Shown: piece after piece, positions 27,454-40,302 of the stretch
Position numbering within the stretch: the first letter of the stretch is position 1
Layout of the letters: every line of letters begins with the position of its first letter
From: Schmidtea polychroa
Lineage: Eukaryota
Length of the DNA: 64,000 nt
Assembly (NCBI GenBank): GCA_044892525.1
Contig: CM097885.1
Location: forward strand, 235,540,001-235,604,000
Direction of reading: 5' to 3'
Position numbers and translations under genes: made by a program
The notes under the pieces: model-generated
Database searches by the model: none
The model's input: only the letters and a program-made list of their open reading frames with translations
Told to the model about the DNA's origin: nothing

Positions 27454-28282
27454 GTTTAATGGGTTGTATATGTGTGTAAAAAATATTTGAGGTTTTCACG
27501 AATATTGATAATAATAATGGTTTATGAGTGTTTTTATGTTTTTGACTAATATTTGCAATAATAATAATGGTTAATGGGTTGTGTGTGTGTGTGTGTAGAA
27601 AATATTTTAGGTTTTCACTAATATTGATAATAATAATTGTTAATGGGTTGTGTGAGTGTAAATAATATTTTAGGTTTTTGACTAATATTTCCAATAATAA
27701 TAATAATAATAATAAGTTTAATGAGTTGTATGTGTGTGTGTAAAAATATTTTAGGTTTTTAATATTGATAATAATAATAATAATGGTTAATGGGTTGTGT
27801 GTGTGTGTAAAAAATATTTTAGGTTTTCACTAATAATGATAATAATAATGGTTAATGAGTTGTGCATGTGTGTGTGTGTAGAAAATATTTTAGGTTTTTA
27901 ATAATAATAATAATAACTCCCGCGCGTGTTAATACTTTAAAAGAAAATATTGAAAATTTAAAAAATAATAATATTTATGCAAAGCATGTGCAATAATTAT
28001 GTCTTTGTTAATTAAGTAAACTTTAGTGTCAAAATAAGTTTTTAAAATATTTTTAAATTTAAAATACCGCAACTTAATATATTTTTGTTCTACCCCTTCA
28101 TTGATTTAAGTTGGTCAGAATTTAATAATAATTATATTATACCCTTTGAGACATGTTGAATGTGAGTAGTACACCTTTGACCATTACCCATATGAGCAAT
28201 ACCCATAAAGGGATAGAATATTTTGTCGGATAGATTAAGAGTATATATGATAATAATATTCCCCGTGCGCGTAATAATAATA

Positions 28283-28340
<58 letters not shown>

Positions 28341-28506
28341 TGAACTTGTATTTGAAATAATAATAATAATAATTTACGACATATTGAGTGTGAGCAGTAC
28401 CCTTGTGACTTGTTGAATGTGAGTAGTACATTTGTGAGCAGTACCCATAGGGGGACAGAATATTTTGTCGGATAGATTAAGAGTATATAATATTAATAAT
28501 TATAAT

Positions 28507-28563
<57 letters not shown>

Positions 28564-31500
28564 CAACGATTTAAACAAATTAAATTATTATGTAATCGAT
28601 AATTAAAACAAAAATTATTAGTTCTAAAAATATTAAGCATCGTTCTAAAAATATTAGACATCGTTCTAAAATTATGACGTAATCATTCTAAAAATAATAG
28701 GCATCGTTCTAAAAATATTAGGCATCGTTCTAAAATTATGACGTAATCATTCTAAAAATAAGAGGCATCGTTCTAAAATTATGACGTAATCATTCTAAAA
28801 ATAATAGACATCGTTCTAAAAATATTAGGCATCGTTCTAAAATTATTACATAATCATTCTAAAAATATTAGACATCGTTCTAAAAATATTAGGCATCGTT
28901 CTAAAAATATGACGTAATCATTCTAAAAATATTAGACATCGTTCTAAAAATATTAGGCATCGTTCTAAAAATATGACGTAATCATTCTAAAAATATTAGG
29001 CATCGTTCTAAAAATATTAGACATCGTTCTAAAATTATTACGTAATCGTTCTAAAAATATTAGGCACCATTCTAAAAATATTAGACATCGTTCTAAAAAT
29101 ATGACGAGTCATTGTCTTTGTTTTAAAAATGTGATGAGTATATCTCATTAGAAAGGTCTTGCACAGAGCTTTAAAATAAGCTATCGATCAATATAATATG
29201 TTGGCGGGAACATTAATCTTTGGGATGATAAAAAGTAGGAGCCCGCTGGATCACTTAATAATATTTTGACAAATAATAATAATTTAACGTTGAAAAGATG
29301 GTGGTCATCAAATGTTAATAACATTAAAACTATTAAAGATATATATGATACCTATAGCTCATTCGAAAGGTCTTGGACTGAGCTTTAAGATGAGGTATCG
29401 TTCAATAAAATCTGTTGGTGGGAACATTAATTTTTGGGATGAAAAAAAGTAGGAGCTCCCCGCGACACATAATTAAAACAAAAAATTAAATTAAAAAAAA
29501 AATAAATGACCTTGACCTTGACCTTTTATTTAAAAAAAAAATTTTTTTCCCGGGGGGGGGGAGGGGGTATATGTGTCGCAGAGGGTCCCTGTTCTGGATG
29601 GCCCCAATCATACTACTAAGATATTTAATAAAAATTTGGTGAAAAAATTTTTTATTAAAATTTCAATGGAAAAATTTGAAACTCCAATATTTAACAGATA
29701 AGGTCCCTCAAAATCCCACTAAATCCTCTGACGGATAACAAATTTATCCCTTATCCACCTCTAGCAGAAATATTGCTATTCAGGTGATAAAATTCACTTA
29801 ACGTCCTATTGAATAATTTTATTATTAACGATCTAGCTTTTAAATTATTCCAAAACTGTCACCTTTAACTATTTGAATAACTCATTGAAGAAGAAAATAT
29901 TCTTTAAAGAAAAGATGTGTTAAGAAACATCAATTTGTCAATAGAAATTCCAAAGGGTTATTCCAAAAGGTTATAAAATCACCATAGTTGTGCTCACCAC
30001 TATTCAACCCGGAATGCAAATATTTATTCGAATGATCAAGTAAAATACATAATTACCATTAAAAAATAAAATTTATCATCGAATTTATACATATTTTATT
30101 TGCATAAAACTGATGTAAAAGGAAATTTTAACGTACATGTATAACTAGGAATGTTATTTATATAATAGTTTTCAAACATAATTAAAACAAAAAATTAAAT
30201 TAAAAAAAAAAATAAATGACCTTGACCTTGACCTTTTATTTAAAAAAAAATTTTTTTTCCCGGGGGGGGGGAGGGGGTATATGTGTCGCAGAGGGCCCCT
30301 GTTCTGGATGGCCCCAATCATACTACTTATCTTCGAGACCAAAAATTACTATTTCCTAAATTTGCTTATTTAAATATTTGAATTTCTTTATCGAATTTCA
30401 ATATCGGAAAATTTCCCCTTCAAAAAACATATTTTTTATTGAGACTCTAAAATCAAGTGCAAGATGACAGAGGCCATTTTGTCCATAGCAAAATATAAAT
30501 TTTCATTTGACTTTAAAAATTCCGAGACGACTGCAGGAAATATTGATACTACAAAATTATAATATCTTATTTTAATTTTCACCTCTGATTCATTCTGAAT
30601 TGACATTGTATTTATTAAAAAATTCTAAATAATATAATCCAATAATTATTAAATAAATAAAATGACCACTGAAAATGCATGAAATGGAGGATGGGTTGTT
30701 CCGGAATACTTAGAAACAAAAAGTGAGAAAAATAAATCTAAAAAAAAGAATAATAATAAAGTAAATAAAAATTAAACAATAAAATACGACAAAGTTGTTC
30801 TTAATTAACAAGTACAAAACGAATTAGGAATACAAACAAATCGAAATATAATTTGGAAATCTCAAAAGCCTTTATGAGAAAAGAGAAAGGGATTCACCGG
30901 GAAGTTAAGAGATGGTATCTTCAAAAATTCTATATCTCGACCGATTTCAGAAATAAAAGAAGAGCCGGAAATGACCGAAGGGAATGTATGGGAAGAAGGA
31001 ATTTAAACTGAATTTAGTATTTATACGTGTCATTAGATTGCAGACTAGAAACGGAAACACAGCTTGAATCAACGGACAGAATTTCTAAAAGACCCAATTT
31101 TACAAGTGAAATTAAAATTTGTTTAAATAACTTACATGTGTTTAAAAATAAACGTTTTAAAATATTGTCATTGCCTTATTGAGTAATATCATACAAGCCA
31201 TCCGGGCATGATATTCAGTACAAAAGAATGTTTTGACTTCGAGAATATCAGAAAAGCATTTCTTACGTTGAAGGAAGCAGCGAAGAACGAGCATATCAGA
31301 TATGAAGAAATTAAAAGATTATTAATACGAGCTTTCAGTGATCCCCCAGAAGCATGCTTCTTCAATTTGTTAAATAAGATGTTCCAGATGGGGACAATAT
31401 TAAAATTCATTTATCAGAAATGAAGAACTTGGCTCTCAATTCTGGACATTTATTGATAAACATTGTAACTTTTTGATGAAAATTGATGAACATTGTAACT

Positions 31501-32409
31501 TTTTTATATAATATGTTAAGAAATATAAAGTTTTTTTTGAAATCAGATGTCTGATTTCCCACTTTCTTTTAAATCGAGTTTGACACTTATTTTTCTGTAT
31601 CAAGTCATGTTTTATTGCTTTCTTGGATTCAGCTTTGCCAAATTGCTATAAATCAGTTGAAAAATCTAAAACACCAGACCAAAAAAATTTTCTGTTGACC
31701 ACTGTAATTAACATAATTAAAAAATAATAAATAAAAAAATTAAATAAAAATTAATAAAAAGAAAATAATTAACAATAATAAAAAGAAAATAATAAATATT
31801 AATAAAATTAATTTAAATAAAAATTAAATAAATAATTACATTAATAAAAATATAAAAGTAATTAATAATTATAAGAACTTTTTTTTAAAATTTTATTACT
31901 GATCTTCTATTGCATTTATTAAAAAGCTTGACTATGAATCTGTAAATATATCGATGTTTTTGATATTCACGAATTTGCGGCACTGCCTTTTTCAAGTGAA
32001 TTAATAATTAACATTTATTAAAAATTAAATGAAAAATAAATAATTACAACATATTTAAAACTTAATAAAAATTAAAATTAAATTAAACATTTAACAATTA
32101 ATAATAAAAATAATTAAATATAGTAAGTTATTTAAAGAAAATAATGAAATATTTAATTATTTAATAAGATATAATAAATAAAATTAAAACTAGTATTAAA
32201 TAAAAAATAAAACAAATGATTCGACTAGCCTATATTTTATGACCTTGGCATACTTTGTACGACACTGCGATGACCCTGAAATTTTTCAAAGTGAGGTCAA
32301 AGTGAGTAGGAGTTTTCGCAGAATATTACTTTTTATTACATTTTATATTATAGAATCTATAATATTCATTCATAATTATGCTGTACCCGATGTACTTTCT
32401 TGTCAAAAG

Positions 32410-34641
32410 CATGGGCGTCCGCAGGAATTTTTCCAGGAGGGGGCAATAAAAACAAAGTAGAGGACTTCTACATATTAATGTAACACTTAAACATACAACG
32501 ATTAGTATCATTTAAATTCTTGTTATGCTTATTTACGAAACAAAATTGTTACTATATATAATCAGATTAATAATAGTATATTGATGGTTTTAATTAAAGT
32601 CATTTTTATCGTTGAAACATTAATGTGATTTTAAGAATAAACAAAATCAAAAAACGTTAAAAAAGTTCTTTTTTGCATATTTTTCATAAATATTTATTCA
32701 ATTATAAAACAAAATTACAGACTTATTCATAAATATTGCTTTTTGAAAAGAAACTGCAAACGTCTGTAATCTTGACCAAATTTATTGATCACTTTGTCTA
32801 TTATTTTTCTCTTTTTTCACTGTCATTGATTCTGTCACGATGAACACTCATTGTGCAAAATCCAGAAAGTCTATTTTCATACATTGTTGACCTTAGCCAC
32901 GTTTTCACTCTTTTCAGTGTGCTAAATGATCTTTCAACGGTGCAAAGTTAAAGCAATAAGAACTGCTTTCTTAATAGCTGGAAAAAGGTCTGTGAATTGT
33001 AATAAATCCATCATTCCATCGCGACTTTTGATTTCAAAATCCGACGTTTTATTTGACCACATCTCAAACCATGTGCTTGCCTCAGCATCAAAGCTTTCAA
33101 TTTGATACTCCGTTACGATGTTTTCTGTGTGAGTTTTGAATTCATCTTTTGAAAGTTTCAACATTTCCACTGGGTAAAGTGAAAATAGACTAAAATTGAT
33201 TTTGTTATTGTCATTGAATCTGCTCTCCAATGATGAGATGATTGAATCCAAGTATGGTATAAAGACAGATCTTCGAAAGTATTCTTCAAAAGTTGAACCA
33301 CCATTATTTGAACGGTGTGTTTGTCTCTTACATTGTCTGGGAATTGTCAACTGGTGTTTAATTGTTCTGCCAATTTCTCACTATGAGAAATAATGATCTT
33401 AAAAAACTCTTCGCATTTTGTCTGTGAGTGTGGAAGATTTTTACGAGCTCTTGGACGTGGTCAAAAACTTTCAGAATGTCTAATTGTGTTGATTGTAGGC
33501 CTAGTTCTACTGACTCTAATTTTGTGGAGTAGTAAGTGATGATTTGAAGACAAATAAGAAACTTGTTGTACATGAAACACACTGTAACTGGTGGGCATTC
33601 TGTCGTGTTTTACCATTTGCTTCGATGACCAGTGAACTCAGCTGATCAAAAATGTCTTCAAAACTTGCAGCAAAAAGTCTGATGCTTTTGTATCTTGCAG
33701 ACCAACGTGTTTCACAAAACAAGGAAACATTTGGAATCAGACTTCTTATCTTTGGACTTTCTCGAAAAAATCTAATAATGCTCTTAATTTTTCCAATTGT
33801 ATTCCTAACATCTGGTACACCATTGAGATCATTGATCACAAGATTAAGTCGATGTGATGCACAATGCACAAAAACAGCGTTAGGGTATTTGCTCCTAATC
33901 TTTGCCTGAGTGCCACCTTCTTTGCCAGCCATTGTTGAGCAGCCATCATAGCCTTGGCCATACATTTTGTCAAAGTTTAATCTAAATCTTGTGTACTGAT
34001 CAATGATTTTATCAGCTATGGATGCAGCATCAAAATGATCTAGTTTTGCAAATCCAAGGAATTCTTCATAAATATCAGTTTCTGTGCTGCTAGAATTTAC
34101 AAAACGAACTCCTATGGAAATTTGTTCTTTTCCACATATGTCAGCACTCTAATCTCAAATGATTGAAAATCCAATGGATTTATTGGGCCATTGAAACAAT
34201 TTCTTCCCTTATGGCTTCTTCAGTCAACTGAATTAGCTCAAGTTCTACACGCACAGATGTGTAAAATTGGATCCAATTTTTTTCCTATTTTCTTCTACTT
34301 GGCGCTTTAGGGCACTGTCCATTAGATAAAAAATGTTCAATTCTGGCTTTTCCCTTAATTGTAAGAACTTTGCAGCACAGACCAGTGCATTTTTATGCCA
34401 CGCATTTGATTGATGACTTTTGGCACTTTCATGAAAATCTTTGTATTTTGAAAAAGGCCCTGTGATGAATGCACCTTGAAAACCACGATTTACTGCTCCT
34501 TTTAAACGAACTGAATAACTCAGCTAGGGTGAGTACTGATTTAACCAAGCATAGCGGAACAATTAATAGAAAAATAAATTTGGTTTGGGAAATCCATGGG
34601 GGGGGGGGGGCAAATGCCTCACACCATTGCGGACGCCCATG
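32410..34641 (-). mobile_element. hAT transposon, internally deleted, with frameshifted transposase (PRKRIR/THAP12-like)
   Basis: TIR CATGGGCGTCCGCA; TSD GTCAAAAG / GTCAGAAG; fragments GQGYDGCSTMAG, HCASHRLNL, CETRW, EEYFRRSVFIPYLD. Confidence 0.9.
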
Positions 34642-35316
34642 GTCAGAAGTGTAAAGATTATTATAAATGAATATTATATGAATAAATATTTAATGACATT
34701 GAACAAGCTTAAATATTTAATGTTAACATTCAGTCTTCGAAATCAGTTTCTTGGGTCTTAATTTTCTTTAGAATGCCCTTTTAGTATTCAATCTTCCTTC
34801 ATATTTGGTAAAGATTGTTTTCATTTTAATTTTCTTTCTTTTCTTGAACTGATAAAGGAATATTAAGTAACATTTCGGTTGATGTTGATTCACTTAAATT
34901 ACCAGAATTAAATTTATAATAAAAATCAAAGTAATTAATATTTCTCAAGCCTCTACTTTATATGATTTCAATTTCATTATCTTCACAACTCTGATAATTT
35001 GAAGATGAATTATCTATTTGTGATATAAAAATATTATTTGATGTTTGAATGATACTAAATTAGAATAAACAAAAGTGTGGATGCGTGAACAAATTTTACT
35101 AATTCAAAAATTCAACTATATCAAATTTAAACAAAGTTGCTTTATTTTCACTGTTATCTGCGCATAGACATTTTTTTATATAAATTAATTTCTATATAAT
35201 TTTAATTTAAATAATTTTGAAAATAGTCGATCACTACAGCTTCTGCATTCTTTATAACAAAGTTTTATGCTATAATTGTACAAATTTTCGAGTAGTAAAT
35301 TGTAATTAAATCATCA

Positions 35317-35394
35317 ATGCAAAAATTAAAAATTCTTTTAAAACATCAATTTATAATTTTAATAAACTACCTTATTGAATGTGTTACCGTTGTT
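35317..35394 (+). CDS. iGluR-like gene, putative exon 1 (signal peptide)
   Basis: MQKLKILLKHQFIILINYLIECVTVV followed by a GTGAGG donor, phase 0 matching the next exon; in-frame TAA at 35296 and no AG between that stop and the donor. Confidence 0.5.
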
Positions 35395-35548
35395 GTGAGG
35401 ATGATTATTTTGGCCCGTGAAGCTCCTCGGTTCAAAATATCCAAAACAATTTAATCTTTTATAAATTTGAAAATTTCGACATAAACCACGTTTTTGACCA
35501 CTGGACTGATACATTTTACTAAATTTCATATTAAATATTAATTTTTAG

Positions 35549-35658
35549 GCCACTCCATTTATTTTTCAAAACGGTGAATTTAAAAATGGCTCCACTGAAA
35601 ACCTACATGGACAATTTATTGATATGATAATCTTACTATCGAAAAGGTTAAATTTTAG
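35549..35658 (+). CDS. iGluR-like gene, exon 2 (S1)
   Basis: ATPFIFQNGEFKNGSTENLHGQFIDMIILLSKRLNF matches PF..G..ID....LNF; AG/GT boundaries. Confidence 0.8.
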
Positions 35659-35707
35659 GTTATAATAAACGCTGTTAAGTAAATTTTATTTCATTTCATT
35701 TTTGTAG

Positions 35708-35798
35708 AATTAATTTATATCCATCTCCTGATAATCAATTTGGTGCTTTGAGAGCCAATGGAACATTTACAGGTTGCATAGGCGAACTTCAATTGAAA
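35708..35798 (+). CDS. iGluR-like gene, exon 3 (S1)
   Basis: INLYPSPDNQFGALRANGTFTGCIGELQLK matches D..YG....NG.W.G.IGEL; 49-bp upstream intron, phases consistent. Confidence 0.85.
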
Positions 35799-36349
35799 GT
35801 AAGAATTAAAATGACAGAAAATAAAATTTATTTATATAAAATAAATTTAAAGCAGAATTCAACATAAATGTTGTTACATCGCGTTACAAAATATAAAAAC
35901 AGTCTATAATATTAAGACAATCAATAAATTATATAATAAGAAACATACATATTCACCCGTGCGCTGAAAATTCATTAGCAATTTATCCATCTACCAATTT
36001 ATTATATAATTCTAAAAAGGGTAGAAAAATTAATGAAACATACAAACACAGTGGATGCAATTTATATAATGAAGCAAATATGCAAACAAGCAATAAAATA
36101 CACCACATAAAAAGATCAAATAATTTTTTAATGAAAAACATTTGAGGCCAGTTTTAATTGTCTTTTAATAATGGTTGTTAAATTATTGTTAAATCATTTT
36201 TATCATATTAGAAAGTGTTTTAACTAATTCTTTGATAAAAGAAGAGATTATGGAAAATTCTTTCAATATATTTTTAAATCTTGATAATATCTATTTACTA
36301 ATCTAATAAATTCAACGATAATGGAATTTTTAACAAATTCAAACTATAC

Positions 36350-36890
36350 CTACGAGATTTTGTACACAAAATCTGACTCTCGTTAATAGAGCCGCTGCTG
36401 CAGAGGGCTACATAGTCTTTTTTCAAATTCACATTATGGTCAAGGGGTTTCTTTGGTCTCAGGAGATTTTGTAAACAAAATCTAACTCTCGATAAAAAAC
36501 CCATTGATGCAGAGATGTAATGGAATTCACACTATAGTGAGGGGGTCTCTTTGAACATAGAGATTTTCATACACAAAATCCGACTATCGTTAAAACTGCC
36601 ATTGTTCTAAAGGGGTAATGGGAATCACACATTAGTCATAGATTATATTAGGTCTTTAAAATTTTTCTATACCAAATCCGACCAAACCAGCCATTGCTAT
36701 CGTAGGCCAAGTGGTATTTTTTCAAAATCACACTATAGTGATGGGGTATTTTAGGTGTTTAAAATATTTCAATACAAAATCCGATTCTCATTAAAAAAAC
36801 CAACGTAATTTAAGGTCCAAGAATTTTTGTACATGAAATCCAACTCTCGCTAAAAATGTATTTTAAGGTCTCTAGATTTTTGTTTACATG
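36350..36890 (+). repeat. Degenerate ~60-110 bp tandem repeat; related inverted copy at ~52795-53105
   Basis: Recurring GAGATTTTGTACACAAAATCYRACTCTCG...TCACACTATAGTGA...GGTCTC motifs. Confidence 0.65.
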
Positions 36891-37404
36891 AATTTTTGGT
36901 AAGATATTTTGATGAATCGACGGCCAAGTGAAATTACGGTAATAATTTAAAATCAAAGTAAATTAGAGTAAATTAGAGAAATATTTAAAAAATAAGTAAT
37001 AGATTTTTTTAATTAAAAGTATTTTCTTGCATTTTTTAATAATTTAAAAATAATTATATTTTAACAATATGTTAACAATATGTTAACAGTTATTTATTTC
37101 GGAACAAAAACCTATACAAAAAATATGCATGCATTTTTCATTATGTGTTTTGTATTAGTGTGTTTAATTATTTTTCTCTCACCTTCACAAATCCTATAAT
37201 AAAGTTATTAAATTTCGGAACAATAAATTTCTACACACAGGTAAGTTTGTCTGTTCCTATACTATAAATTTATTGATTTTTTTAGATTATAGAAGTTATT
37301 AAATTTCGGAATTAGGTGTATCAACAAATAAAAAGAATATCAATTAAAGACAAAAAAATACAGTCTAAAAATAAAGTTTATTCATCATCACATATTTGCT
37401 TATA

Positions 37405-37906
37405 CAGTAAACTCTCCAACTGCGCGGTAGATAAGTCCCACTAAAACAACGCGCAAACCGAAACCGCGCACTTGAACCCTATTTTATATGTAATTATGGA
37501 GTTAGGTTCCAGATATTAAAATAATTGCAAAAAATGTAGTAAAAAGTCTTTATTCAACGACTTATACATAACGAATATAAACATAAATAAAAATTAAATA
37601 TAATTTAATACATATATATTTTTAATTAAACAAACTTATATAATTTCACATACTCCTCCTAACGCGATCACTAGAAAAATGAAACTGTCAATATTATTTT
37701 TTAAATATAAAGTATTTATGCATCGAAATACGGGGAATCACTATTTTCCGTTTCAAAAATTGTATGATTTACCGATATGAATTAACATGATTTTTTTGTC
37801 AAAAACAGCAAAAAAAACCGCGCAGCTAGAAATTTTGGTATTTAAAACTTGGCCGAGCAATTGCGAAACCGTGCAATGAAAAAACGCTCAGCTGGAGGGT
37901 TTACTG
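37405..37906. mobile_element. pogo/Tigger-type MITE
   Basis: TA flanks; TIR CAGTAAACTCTCCAACTG / CAGTAAACCCTCCAGCTG. Confidence 0.85.
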
Positions 37907-38141
37907 TAATAAGCTCTTCTTAATTCTAGTAGAATGTGTACTATTTGTGTATTATATTCTTATATTCTTGACAGCATCTAAAGAACAAGTTAACTTTGAA
38001 GAATCTGTACAAACCACACAATCTTCGAGAAATTAGATTGACTAAATTAATTTTAAAAATTACATTTATACTCAATTTGATTGACTGATTGCTCAAATTA
38101 TTCAGAAAAGGTAGATGTGAGCCCGCTGGCACAAAGAACTA

Positions 38142-38385
38142 TGACTCATCACTTTCCAGTGATGACTCATCGTGTAGAGGGTGAGTCAGGGGTTACGTTG
38201 GTGTATTATATGTGTGTATGACTCATGGTCTTTGGTCTACAGCGGTTCAAACCCATCATGTCAGGTGAAAAGCATGAGTCATATATATTTTTCAAAATTT
38301 TTCTAAGTCAAAACAAAGACAAAATTTTTCTAAGTTAGAACAAAGACATGTAACCCCCCTCCCTAGCAAAAATTTTTATGACTCA
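38142..38385. promoter_or_regulatory. Cluster of six AP-1 consensus sites (TGASTCA)
   Basis: Sites at 38142, 38163, 38182, 38219, 38275 and 38379; function inferred only. Confidence 0.5.
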
Positions 38386-39437
38386 TTATTATTATTATTA
38401 TTTCAAAATATTATTATTATTATAATTACTATTATTATCATTGATATTATTACTATTCAAAATATTATTATTAATAAACAACCTTATTATTATTAATATT
38501 ATTTTTTAAATACAATTATTGAATGACTTTAATATTGCATCTGAATTGCATCTTTCATTATTAAACTTGCAACTGTATTGCCGCTGTCTTTGTTAATCAT
38601 ATTTTTTTTCTATTCTATTATATTTCAATTTATTTAAACATTATTCTTATTATTCTTATTATTATTATTATTTTTTAAATCAATAACAAATAACTGATTA
38701 AAAATTCGCCATGGATATCAGAAAATGGATCCTGGAATGTTATTAATGAAATGGTTGAAAAATGAAAATCTGAAGACAAGACAAAATTAATTTTAATAAT
38801 GTTTGGAATTACTGTATGTTGTTTTTCTATAAAATATATTTTTAAGAATTAATACTTGTTTTATTCTTTATTATTGTAAAATAAAAAAAAATTTTAATCT
38901 TTATTATTTATTACACTATAACATTCACATTCCTCATCACCACATTTATTATCTTTATTTGTTTCTTCATCATCGTTCATATTTTTGTCATATTGTGCAT
39001 CATCCAATATATAATTATATATATTTATTCCGGTCATTTCTAATATTTTTTCGGTTAAATACTTTATTAGATCGTCTATAAAAAGAATTAATAAATAATA
39101 ATATTAATAATAAAATACCTTTTTCATTTAAAGTAGACATTTTATGTATTTTATGTATTATGTGTCTTTGTTTATTTGCATGTTTATTGCACCTGTCTTT
39201 ATGTTATTCATGTGATGACTTAGTCATGTCTTTGTTAAAAATACTCGTCATTCCCTTGTTTAAATTTAGTAGTTATGCCTTTCTAATTTGCATGCTATTT
39301 TTTTCTATCCAATCACAATTCTGATTGGTCAATTTTATCATTCCACCAAATATTCAATTTCGATTGGTCGATTGGTCCTTTTTTTGATATTAGGTATAAA
39401 CATTACTTTTAATTTCACTTTTAGAAAATTTCAAAAT

Positions 39438-39964
39438 ATGAACAATCAACAATTCATGATGACTAAAGAAGAATCGATTTCGCGAAAAAGTAAATTTATT
39501 ATTTTTATTTTTAAACTTGAATTTATTATTATGTTTTAGGAAATGTGTGTGACTTTTTCATTGGGAATCCGAAAAAAGCTCGTTTAGGAAACAAACAGCA
39601 AAGTAAAATTTATTTAATTTTTAAAACTTTATTAATATTTTCCTATTAGATGTTTAAGCTTCAACTTTCGCTTCTATTCGATCTAATTTTTTGTCTGTGG
39701 ATATTGATGAAGAAGGTAAATTAAATTATTATTACTATTCAAAATATTATTATATATTCAGAAAACAATCAAATTATTATGCACAATTCAAATATGATTT
39801 CAAATATGAAAACACATTTAATGAACAATGCCATTCAAAACCCAAACATGCCCAGTATTTCGACAAATGCCAACCAAAATTTATCCAACAAGTCTCGCAG
39901 GAAGAACAAAAAAGAAAAATGTAAATGTTTTCCAATTGAAATATGTGATTTAATAATTATTTAA
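39438..39964 (+). pseudogene. Putative small 4-exon Polinton accessory gene with one premature stop
   Basis: GT-AG introns of ~45-50 bp at 39490-39539, 39603-39649 and 39716-39761 keep a single frame; TAA early in exon 3. Confidence 0.4.
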
Positions 39965-40302
39965 TAATTACGATATATATTTTTTTCAAGTAATCTATAT
40001 TTTAGATTTTATTAGGTTTTTATAAAATAAATAAAAATAATTATCGATTTTTTTAAAAATTATTTTATTTGGAAAAATTTACATTTTAATAATATTTTTG
40101 AAAATAAATTTCATAATCGTTATCAACTGATTAACTAAAATAATTTTATTTCATAATTTTAAAAATATAATTTATTAGTTTTCATTAAAGATATTATTAT
40201 AAATAAAGATGAAAAATATTTTTAAACCTAATATTTTACACAGGTCAACTATACCCCGATTGTTGTCAAAGGACAGATCATGGGCCTGGTTGTCACGATG
40301 CT

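Noticed and set aside
30860..31440. Decayed coding-like sequence including ORF 31208-31423
   Set aside because: No recognisable motif; cannot assign
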